Source: a virus (lineage: Duplodnaviria; Caudoviricetes). From it: a stretch of DNA of 60,976 nt. The notes under the pieces are model-generated. The model was not told where the DNA came from and searched no databases. It saw only the letters and a list, made by a program, of their open reading frames with translations. The stretch is from positions 1-60,976 of the IMG/VR virus record IMGVR_UViG_3300007516_004456; one strand, 5' to 3'. How positions within the stretch are numbered: the first letter of the stretch is position 1; each line of letters starts with the position of its first letter. Below are positions 48,306 to 56,344 of the stretch, one piece after another. The position numbers were made by a program, and so were the translations under genes.

Positions 48306-48818
48306 ATGAGTACAGACAGTAGTATCGTTGCAAATGACGCTATTCGAGCATCAACCGTATTAGTTATTTCACCAGAAGGAGACAACCTTGGCGAGTTCAA
48401 TCGTCTTGCTGCGATATCTAAAGCAGGAGAGTTCGATCTTGATCTAGTTCAAGTTTCTCCATCGAATAATGGAACTCCGCCAGTATGTAAAATTATTGAT
48501 CTCGGCAAATATAAATACGAGATAAAGAAAAAACAACATCGTAAGCAAGTTAGACAGGACACTTCTTTGAAGGAGATTCGTGTTCATCTTCATACAGCAG
48601 AGCATGATTTGAATATTAAACACAAACGTATATCTGATTTTCTAATTAAACGCCATCCGGTTAAATATACTATGGACCTAAAAGGTTCCGAGCGAAGATT
48701 TATAGAAAAAGCAAAGCAACAAGTTGAGAATAATATTTCCCTATTTTCGGATGTTGCTACTTGGGATGATATTAGTGTTAGCGGAAGGCGGATTTCAACA
48801 ATTCTAAAACCGCAATAA
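48306..48818 (+). CDS. infC: Translation initiation factor IF-3 homologue
   Basis: IF3-N signature ANDAIRASTVLVISPEGDNLG..A..A.EFDLDLVQVSP..PPVCKIIDLGKYKYEIKKK; IF3-C KEIRV..AEHDLNIK..FL..VK..KGSE. Confidence 0.92.
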   Translation: MSTDSSIVANDAIRASTVLVISPEGDNLGEFNRLAAISKAGEFDLDLVQVSPSNNGTPPVCKIIDLGKYKYEIKKKQHRKQVRQDTSLKEIRVHLHTAEHDLNIKHKRISDFLIKRHPVKYTMDLKGSERRFIEKAKQQVENNISLFSDVATWDDISVSGRRISTILKPQ

Positions 48819-48842
48819 ATACATTGTGAAGATAAATCTGTT

Positions 48843-48869
48843 AAATTGCGTTGCTTAACATTGCAATTT
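48843..48869 (+). promoter_or_regulatory. Imperfect inverted repeat (AAATTGC-GTT-gctt-AAC-att-GCAATTT) between infC and the AAA ATPase, adjacent to the GGAGA SD
   Basis: Complementarity read directly; no U-tract, so an operator or translational-control hairpin rather than a terminator. Confidence 0.3.
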
Positions 48870-48879
48870 GGAGACAGAT

Positions 48880-50529
48880 ATGGTGATCGACGAATTAACC
48901 GCCGAAGAGTGCGCAAAGCTGCTGTCCAAAATGGGGACTGAGGAGTTTACACAAGATTTTACAGCTCTTCTAAAAAGTCGATATCCACTTATATATATTG
49001 TAAACAATGAAGAACAGCGACTTATTCGTTATCTTCAATATCTTTCACGGTCTAAGGGTTATCGCATATACATATGGAATTGCGTAGATGGTCTATGCGA
49101 CATAGGCAGCGGAAATGTCGTTAATGCCGTTACAGAAGATATTAAGGATCCCGATGTTGTTTTGGATAAAATTATTGAGGAATCTGAGAACGAAGAATAT
49201 AATCAAAATCTTCGAAACGCAGGCATTAATGGCTCTATTTATGTATTGTTGGATTTCCATAGATTTATAGATGGAGCTGCGCCTGATACTGAAAGAAGAA
49301 TTAAAAAGATTACGCAAACGGAATCCATGACTCAGGTTATTGTGACCGGACCTTTCTATAAAGCAACACCGACACTTGAAGACCTTTTTGCTGTTTTAGA
49401 TTTTCCTCTTCCGAATGAAATAGAAATAGCTAATACTCTTTACAATATAGTTGATGCTGTATCCAGCAAATTGCCTACTTTAAGAAAGAAAACAAAAGCT
49501 AGGGAAGAAGAATTAATAAAAGCTGCATCCGGATTAACTCTTATGGATGCGCAGAGTGCGTACTCCAAATCTATTGTCCGTCATAAGACTTTTGATATAC
49601 CGACCATTTTGAAAGAAAAGAAACAGATCATTCGCAAAAAAGGGATTCTAGAGTATTTTGATTCTCATGTGACTATGGATGATGTTGGAGGTCTTGATAC
49701 GATGCGAGAGTGGTTTGTGCGTCGTAAACTGGCATTTAGTTCTGAGGCTCAGAAATTTGGACTCAAACAGCCAAAGGGAGTGCTAATGATCGGGACTCCA
49801 GGAAGCGGCAAAAGCTTGTCCGCTAAAGCTTGTGCTAGCTTATTTGAGATGCCATTGCTTCGTATGGATTTTGGCGCATTATTCGGGTCTTTAGTTGGAG
49901 AATCTGAGGGGACAACTAGAGACGCACTGAAGCTCGCAGAGGCTATTTCCCCTTGTTGTTTATGGATGGACGAAGTTGAAAAAGGATTGTCTGGGGGAAG
50001 CTCCAGCGGCTCTACAGATGGAGGTACGACTTCTCGTGTTATTCAAACTATTTTGACTTGGATGCAAGAGAAAGAAAAACCAGTTTTTGTTGTTTGTACG
50101 GCAAATGACTATGAACGCATTCCTCCAGAATTTATGAGGGCAGGCCGTTTTGATGAGGTGTTTTTTATAGATTTACCTACGCCACCAGAGCGAGTTGATA
50201 TTTTCCGTGTGTTAATTAAAAGAGCTAAAAGAGAACCAGAAAATTTTAACCTTCCTGAGCTTGCATCTGAATCTGAGGGTTATAGCGGTGCTGAGATTGA
50301 AAAATCTATTGACGAAGCAATATCAATGGTGTATCAAGATAGTAGGGGCAAAAAGGATATTGAGCAAAGTGATATTATATCTGCACTAAAAAGCTTTAAG
50401 CCGCTTTCGACGATTCGATCTGATTATTTTGAGAAAATCAGGGAGTGGGCACAGAGTAATTGCAGACTAGCTAATCGATCTCCAGAAAAGAAAGTAAAGG
50501 GATCAGGTAAGATAGATCTCGATGTATAA
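48880..50529 (+). CDS. Ycf46-like AAA+ ATPase
   Basis: N-terminal SRYPLIYI..EEQR..WNCVDG..LLDFHRF; EKKQII..GILEY; DVGGLD; Walker A GTPGSGKS; Walker B WMDEVEKG; TAN; RAGRFDE. GGAGA SD favours the ATG at 48880. Confidence 0.88.
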   Translation: MVIDELTAEECAKLLSKMGTEEFTQDFTALLKSRYPLIYIVNNEEQRLIRYLQYLSRSKGYRIYIWNCVDGLCDIGSGNVVNAVTEDIKDPDVVLDKIIEESENEEYNQNLRNAGINGSIYVLLDFHRFIDGAAPDTERRIKKITQTESMTQVIVTGPFYKATPTLEDLFAVLDFPLPNEIEIANTLYNIVDAVSSKLPTLRKKTKAREEELIKAASGLTLMDAQSAYSKSIVRHKTFDIPTILKEKKQIIRKKGILEYFDSHVTMDDVGGLDTMREWFVRRKLAFSSEAQKFGLKQPKGVLMIGTPGSGKSLSAKACASLFEMPLLRMDFGALFGSLVGESEGTTRDALKLAEAISPCCLWMDEVEKGLSGGSSSGSTDGGTTSRVIQTILTWMQEKEKPVFVVCTANDYERIPPEFMRAGRFDEVFFIDLPTPPERVDIFRVLIKRAKREPENFNLPELASESEGYSGAEIEKSIDEAISMVYQDSRGKKDIEQSDIISALKSFKPLSTIRSDYFEKIREWAQSNCRLANRSPEKKVKGSGKIDLDV

Positions 50530-51364
50530 GATAGAACCACTTAAAAGAGCTTGGACAAAGAAATTCGCACAAAAATATTGTGGACTAAATGATCCCTCTT
50601 CATGTGACAAATCTCCATGTCATTGTCAGCTGGCAGCAGAACTTACAGCGTATCTTCGTACTGTAATCCCTCATGATACGCTATCTTTGACTATTCACGA
50701 TCTTAATGGCAGAGGACAAGATGGAGAGATTCTTGTTGATGCAAAAATAATATTGAAAGCAAAACAACAGCTTTTGGAATATTGCTGGAAGCCTTCGGTT
50801 ACTCTTGATTCTATTGTTGCCAATATGGATATTGATTTGGATAATTTATCCATAATGGATCAAAGATATGTGGAGGGTCGCAATATAGCAGTTTATGCAT
50901 CAAATATGGACATTGAACGTCGCAGGTTTAGCCAGCACGGAAAAACATTGATTGCTTCTATAGTCATGAAGGAAGCTATTAAGCGTAGGGTGCATAATGA
51001 ACGGATTGAAAATTTCAATCATTCATATGCATGGGTCAACTATCAGAATCTTAAACAGTTATTGATATCAGATGACAATGCAGGGCAGTACTGTAGAATG
51101 TGTGATTGGCTTGTTGTCGATGATATAATTCCAGAAGAGAACGTAGTAGTGGATACTAAGGGAGGCAAATTTATAAAATCGCATACGGACCCGTTTTTTT
51201 TGGACCGACACCGGAATAATAAACCAACCATTTTGACGTTTAAGGTTAACATCGATGATACTCAATGGAAACTTAGTATGAATGATGCATTTGGAATTGG
51301 TATCAGTAAGATATTGAATGACCGTAAGACGGTCAAGATTTGTTTGTCTCAGGCTAGAATTTAA
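50522..51364 (+). CDS. DnaC/IstB-like helicase loader (divergent AAA+)
   Basis: N-terminal Cys/His cluster (C..C..CHC), HGKTLIASIV, CDWLVVDDI (Walker B), R..NNKPTILT; directly upstream of DnaB. Confidence 0.7.
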   Translation: MYKIEPLKRAWTKKFAQKYCGLNDPSSCDKSPCHCQLAAELTAYLRTVIPHDTLSLTIHDLNGRGQDGEILVDAKIILKAKQQLLEYCWKPSVTLDSIVANMDIDLDNLSIMDQRYVEGRNIAVYASNMDIERRRFSQHGKTLIASIVMKEAIKRRVHNERIENFNHSYAWVNYQNLKQLLISDDNAGQYCRMCDWLVVDDIIPEENVVVDTKGGKFIKSHTDPFFLDRHRNNKPTILTFKVNIDDTQWKLSMNDAFGIGISKILNDRKTVKICLSQARI

Positions 51365-51369
51365 TCAAA

Positions 51370-54288
51370 ATGAATGTAACAGATAATTATAAAGAGCAAA
51401 AGATTCAGAATGAACGTAAGTTCATGAATCTGTTACTTAAAAATCAAGAACTTATTGACGACTATCTAGATAGTGGGATGGATGTTAATTTTTTCGAAGA
51501 AGATCATCGCCATTTTCTTAGATCAATGGTGTATGCTGCTCAAAAAGGATTCCATCTTACCGAAAGTTCATTTGATGATTATCTGAAAAAAGTTGTTACC
51601 AATATAGAAAGGCAAGCTCATCTTAATCTTTTTGATGAAATTGCTTCTGATGCCAATGATAGAGACGATTTTCCATCATTGATGAATAAAATCATTGAGA
51701 ATCACGTGAAGTCTCAGACGATGGAGTTCATGTTTGAATACGAGAAAGACGCTAAACATAAAAGTAGTATTATTGCTGCTCGTAAACTAAAAGAGAAACT
51801 AGATGGATTAGTTTCTGAGTCAGTATCTAACCGTAAAATTGTTTATGCTGATATACGAGAAATTTCCAAAACAGTTTACGAAGAAATAGCTGATGATTTG
51901 GATAATCCGAACAAATCAGAAGAAGCGGTTATTGTTTCGGGTATTAAAGAGATAGACCATATTCTTAGCGCTGGGTTTGAGGCAGGCAGTATTACTTTGT
52001 TTTGCGGCGATACCGGAGGATTCAAGTGTGGATGGTACAAGAATTTACATCAAATAGTCGGTGGGGAGCGTATCGATCTAGAAGAAATTCACAAGAGAGT
52101 TTCTGCTGGACAGACTGTATTTTTACAGCAATTGAACGAATCGACTGGAAAAATTATTACACAGCCAGTCTCCGCATCTTTTGATTCTGGTGTTAAGTAC
52201 TGCTATCGTATTACTACTAGTTTAGGACATGAGATTGTTGCAACGGCTGAACATCGACATCGCTTGTTTGATGGATATCAGAGAGTTAGTGCGATTTCTG
52301 CCGGAGATTATTTAGCTATTACGAGACGAACGGAAATGGGAGATGTTCAAGCATCTCACTCAGAAGCATTGTTTTTGGGGCTATTAATAGCAGAAGGTTC
52401 TACTGTTAGTGGTTGTCGTTTTACTAATTATGATGCTGATATCGTATGGAATATGCGAAGATCGTGTATTGATCTCGGTGGCAGTATGATCTGTAAACAC
52501 AAAAATAAAGTAAGGATCAAGGGGCAATATGAAGTACGAGATCTTTACGCAATTGTTGATAATTACGGTCTGAGGGGATGCAAATCTGTTAATAAAACCG
52601 TCCATTCATCTGTTTTTAGATGGAATAATCAATCTATATCTATAATGCTGCATGCAATGTTCAGTTGTGATGGACGATTTTTGGTTGAAATCAGCAAAAA
52701 ACATCAATATAAGATTGGGAAAAGAAAAGGTGAGGGTAAACGTAAATACAAAATAATGTATTGTACTTCATCGAATCAATTAGCTAAAGATGTTAGAGAT
52801 TTGTTATTAAGATTTGGAATTATCGCATCAATATTTGAATATAATTCTTACTATAAAGGTACTAACGGAGATAGACAGGTGGAAGGTCCGTCATGGCGTG
52901 TTGAGATTAGTGATGCTACTCAAATTATTAAATTCATCAAAGAAATCGGATTTATTGGCAAAAAGCAAAAATTAGCATTAAAGCATTTGTCGTATCTCGA
53001 AGAAATTATTAACAATCCTAATAGAGATATTATTCCATCTGCTGTTTGGAATATTATTGATCGTAAGTTTAAGGAATATGGTAAATCTAGAACTGGTTGT
53101 CGTCGTTTTTATAGAAAAGACGTACATTCTAACTGGAAAAAAGATTTAGGACATTGCGGGAGTCTTAAAAAGTCTATGAGCCGAGACTGTTTGAGAAAAA
53201 TATCTCATTATCTAGATGACGATGCAGAGTTATTAACAATTGCTAATAGTGATGTTTACTGGGATAGAGTTGTTTCTATCGAACCTATTGGATTACAGCA
53301 AACTTATGATTTATCAATGCCTGGTGATCATAATTTTGTTGCAAACAATATAGTAACGCATAATTCTACTATGATGATGAATTGTGCGTTGAATATATGG
53401 AAAGTCCAGCATAAAAATGTTCTTTACATACCTTTAGAAATGCCGCAAAAGCTTGTAATGTGCAAGATTTTATCTCGTGAAACAAAAGTTCTTTTTGAGC
53501 ATTTGATCCGTCCGTCTAGAATTGGTTTAGGTAATCCTGAAGAAGAAAAAGCAAAAGCACGAGAAATAATTAAGGGAAAGATAAAAAAAGAAATTGATTC
53601 ATGGGATCAAAAGGAAGGTAGTTTATTCTTGATGGACTGTATTTCGGAACGAGCTAAAGTATCCGTTTTACAGAGAGAAATTGAAAAACATTTGGAGATA
53701 TTTAATCCTGATTTGGTGGTTGTGGATTACATTGCGAATCTAGAGCCTGACAAATCACGCAGTGACCGTAATGATCTTGAAATTGGTGAGATTCTCTATG
53801 CTTTACAGCATTATGGACACGCTATGAGCTTTGCTGTTATTTCAGGAGCTCAAGTCGGAAGAGAAGCACTTAAAAGGCATCGTAAAGCAGGCGGTGAAAA
53901 TATTCAATTTTTCTCTGAAGACGTTCGAGGGTCACACGAGTACAGCTCTATTGCAGATAATATTTTCTTTCAGATGAAAGATGAGAATCAGCCTAATGAG
54001 CGATTGAATATTACGGCCGTCAAATCTCGTTGGGGTCCAACTGTATTTTTGAATGGTGAATCATCAGCTACTTTGTATGTCAATCCGGCAATTGGTCTTA
54101 TTACCAGTGCTAAACCGCAATATGAGTCAGATGATACCGGAGACATCCTTGATAAAGTAAATAATACGATTACTGATGAGCTTGATTTTGAATTTGATGA
54201 GTCCGAGCCAGAAAATCTGATGGAAGATGGAATTGATGTTGTTCCAGAAGATGATTTTGATAAGGAAATATTCAGTGGAAAGAAATAG
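51370..54288 (+). CDS. dnaB: DnaB-like replicative helicase containing an intein (~526 aa after splicing)
   Basis: SGIKEID..GFEAG, P-loop GDTGGFK|ST, YIPLEM, LVVVDYI, ISGAQVGR, GSHEYSSIADN, VKSRWG. Confidence 0.88.
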   Translation: MNVTDNYKEQKIQNERKFMNLLLKNQELIDDYLDSGMDVNFFEEDHRHFLRSMVYAAQKGFHLTESSFDDYLKKVVTNIERQAHLNLFDEIASDANDRDDFPSLMNKIIENHVKSQTMEFMFEYEKDAKHKSSIIAARKLKEKLDGLVSESVSNRKIVYADIREISKTVYEEIADDLDNPNKSEEAVIVSGIKEIDHILSAGFEAGSITLFCGDTGGFKCGWYKNLHQIVGGERIDLEEIHKRVSAGQTVFLQQLNESTGKIITQPVSASFDSGVKYCYRITTSLGHEIVATAEHRHRLFDGYQRVSAISAGDYLAITRRTEMGDVQASHSEALFLGLLIAEGSTVSGCRFTNYDADIVWNMRRSCIDLGGSMICKHKNKVRIKGQYEVRDLYAIVDNYGLRGCKSVNKTVHSSVFRWNNQSISIMLHAMFSCDGRFLVEISKKHQYKIGKRKGEGKRKYKIMYCTSSNQLAKDVRDLLLRFGIIASIFEYNSYYKGTNGDRQVEGPSWRVEISDATQIIKFIKEIGFIGKKQKLALKHLSYLEEIINNPNRDIIPSAVWNIIDRKFKEYGKSRTGCRRFYRKDVHSNWKKDLGHCGSLKKSMSRDCLRKISHYLDDDAELLTIANSDVYWDRVVSIEPIGLQQTYDLSMPGDHNFVANNIVTHNSTMMMNCALNIWKVQHKNVLYIPLEMPQKLVMCKILSRETKVLFEHLIRPSRIGLGNPEEEKAKAREIIKGKIKKEIDSWDQKEGSLFLMDCISERAKVSVLQREIEKHLEIFNPDLVVVDYIANLEPDKSRSDRNDLEIGEILYALQHYGHAMSFAVISGAQVGREALKRHRKAGGENIQFFSEDVRGSHEYSSIADNIFFQMKDENQPNERLNITAVKSRWGPTVFLNGESSATLYVNPAIGLITSAKPQYESDDTGDILDKVNNTITDELDFEFDESEPENLMEDGIDVVPEDDFDKEIFSGKK
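52027..53364 (+). mobile_element. Intein with LAGLIDADG homing endonuclease (446 aa) in the DnaB P-loop
   Basis: Starts with Cys (CGWYK); block B ATAEHRH; FLGLLIAEG and MLHAMFSCDG; WDRVVSIEPIG.QQTYDLSMPGDHNFVANNIVTHN followed by +1 Ser. Confidence 0.93.
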
Positions 54289-54469
54289 TAAAATTTGTTC
54301 TCATTGCAGTACTCCTATAGATAGAGATTTGGATCATTGGCAAGGACAGCCATGTGGAGTTCACTATTTACAGGAATACGAATTAAGTGATGATCGATTT
54401 CACAGATGTGCTGATGGTAAGCAGGGAGTAGCGATAGATAAACCTACTTCTCAGAAAAAGAAAAAGTAA
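54275..54469 (+). CDS. Small Cys/His-rich (Zn-finger-like) hypothetical protein
   Basis: GTG at 54275 after AAGGA; CSHC..C..H..HRC; fills the gap between dnaB and the primase Zn-finger gene. Confidence 0.5.
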   Translation: MERNSKICSHCSTPIDRDLDHWQGQPCGVHYLQEYELSDDRFHRCADGKQGVAIDKPTSQKKKK

Positions 54470-54470
54470 A

Positions 54471-55052
54471 ATGTCGCAGCGATTGATTATCGAATATATT
54501 CTGAAAACGCACAAGATTACCGATTATCTGGCAATGCTTGGGATCGATCCCGTACATCATCATGGAGATAAGATATCTTATCTTTGTCCAGTCCATAAAG
54601 ATAGTAATCCGTCTTTCTATGTATATACACCTACAGGTGAATATCAAAATTTTTATTGTTTCGGATGTAAAATTCACGGTAATATCATACATCTTAAACA
54701 GAAAATAGAGAAGAAAAATTTCGGGGAAACTTTAGAAGGGCTTTCCGGAGGTGTAGATATAGGAAATATATCCGCAGCAGAAGTGATAGCAAATGGGTTA
54801 TTCTCTGTTCCTGATGAGTCTGGTTCTGTCGGTAAAATTGTATGGCAATTTAGTAGGATGGTACGGAAGTATTTAAATGATGTTAATCGAGATCCAGCAG
54901 AAGTTGCTTTTGTAGATCAAGCGATGCAAAAGGTTGATAAAAGAATTCACGAAATGAATGTTAGCGAACTTAAAGCAGCAAAAAAAAAGATGGCTGATTT
55001 GCTTTCTAATCGTAAGTTGAAAATCTTACAAAGTACAAAAAAAGACCAATGA
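54471..55052 (+). CDS. Stand-alone CHC2 zinc-finger protein (DnaG primase zinc-binding domain, no TOPRIM)
   Basis: CPVHKDSNPSFYVY...FYCFGC..GNII; the rest is a short helical region without a primase catalytic core. Confidence 0.85.
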   Translation: MSQRLIIEYILKTHKITDYLAMLGIDPVHHHGDKISYLCPVHKDSNPSFYVYTPTGEYQNFYCFGCKIHGNIIHLKQKIEKKNFGETLEGLSGGVDIGNISAAEVIANGLFSVPDESGSVGKIVWQFSRMVRKYLNDVNRDPAEVAFVDQAMQKVDKRIHEMNVSELKAAKKKMADLLSNRKLKILQSTKKDQ

Positions 55053-55855
55053 AACTTAATCATATATATAATAAATCCTGTGAGGATATGAGTGATTTAG
55101 ATGATGGATCAATTGATCTTATTGTCACTAGCCCTCCGTATTTTAATCTTAAAGAGTATTCTCAGTGGGATACATATGATGATTATCTTTGGTGGATAGA
55201 CGGGGTGATACTAGAATGTTATAGAGTTTTGCGACCAGGTGGATGGGTTTGCTGGAATGTGCAGGACAGTATTCCGTTCCCTCCTAGACTTTCTGCTGGA
55301 GAACGATATTCTGAGGCTTTGGCTTCTGATTCTATTAAAATGTTACAATCAGCTGGATTGTTTTATGAGAAAAGTATAGTTTGGTATAAGGGACAAGGGA
55401 CTGCTACCCAGCGTCTATTTGGTTCTTACCCTAGACCCGGTTTACTGTTAGTTAGTGGTTTGACTGAACATATTATTTTATGTAGGAAGCATAGAGGCAA
55501 ATACAAAAGAAAGATAACAAAAGATATTGAAACAAAAAGCTTACTAACTAAAGATGAATGGTCAAAATGGACACTTGATCTTTGGACGATATCGCCAGAA
55601 TCATCAAAAAGAATAGGGCATCCTGCTCCGTTCCCTGTAGAAATTCCATATCGTTTAATTAGGATGTTTTCATTTTACGGAGATGTTATATTAGAGCCAT
55701 TTTTGGGCAGCGGCTCAACAGCACTTGCGGCTAAGAAGGCAGGCAGGAATTTTATTGGATATGAAACAAGTAAGAAATATATAAAAATCGCTAAAGATAG
55801 AATTAGCTCGGTAGTAGATATTTTCGGAGATAAAAATGACAAAAACAATTTCTAA
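55049..55855 (+). CDS. Beta-class N4-cytosine/N6-adenine DNA methyltransferase, orphan
   Basis: IDLIVTSPPY precedes HPAPFP and ILEPFLGSGST..RNFIGYE. Confidence 0.92.
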   Translation: MKLNHIYNKSCEDMSDLDDGSIDLIVTSPPYFNLKEYSQWDTYDDYLWWIDGVILECYRVLRPGGWVCWNVQDSIPFPPRLSAGERYSEALASDSIKMLQSAGLFYEKSIVWYKGQGTATQRLFGSYPRPGLLLVSGLTEHIILCRKHRGKYKRKITKDIETKSLLTKDEWSKWTLDLWTISPESSKRIGHPAPFPVEIPYRLIRMFSFYGDVILEPFLGSGSTALAAKKAGRNFIGYETSKKYIKIAKDRISSVVDIFGDKNDKNNF

Positions 55856-56327
55856 AAGAATAGATATTCCAAAATATATTAAAGATCATGAAATAGAACC
55901 TAAAAATATATCGGATAATATTTTTTGCGGGAACATTGAAGAATTCATTGGCGGAGACAAACAGTCAATTGATTTGCTAATTGAACGCCTTAAAAAATTT
56001 AAAGAAATAGGAGAGAAGAAAGGTTTTGACGAGTTTAATATTTGGGTTGAGGGTGGATTTTGTCCTGAAGATAAAGAAACACTAACAATTGTAGCATCTC
56101 GTAAAGAGACAAAAGAAGAAATTGAAAAAAGAATTCAATCTATTATAGAATTACATAAAGATAAATGTCGAGAATCAAGGGAAAAAACAAAAAAACGTAA
56201 ACAGCGAGAAAAAGAGCATGCCATCAATATCCTCAAACGAGATGGATATACTATCAATATCCTCAAACGAGATGGATATACTATCAATATCCTCAAACGA
56301 GATGGATATACTATTACAAAAGATTAA
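55836..56327 (+). CDS. Hypothetical charged protein (163 aa) with a C-terminal (INILKRDGYT)x3 repeat
   Basis: GGAGA SD; fills the gap between the two MTase genes. Confidence 0.7.
   Translation: MTKTISKRIDIPKYIKDHEIEPKNISDNIFCGNIEEFIGGDKQSIDLLIERLKKFKEIGEKKGFDEFNIWVEGGFCPEDKETLTIVASRKETKEEIEKRIQSIIELHKDKCRESREKTKKRKQREKEHAINILKRDGYTINILKRDGYTINILKRDGYTITKD
56223..56314 (+). repeat. Perfect 30-bp tandem repeat x3 (atcaatatcctcaaacgagatggatatact)
   Basis: Three identical copies at 56223, 56253 and 56283; in frame. Confidence 0.97.
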
Positions 56328-56344
56328 AAATCGGAAATACAAAT

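Noticed and set aside
56223-56314. 30-bp repeats as a mini-CRISPR array
   Set aside because: The units are directly adjacent with no spacers, lie in frame within a CDS, and no cas genes are present.
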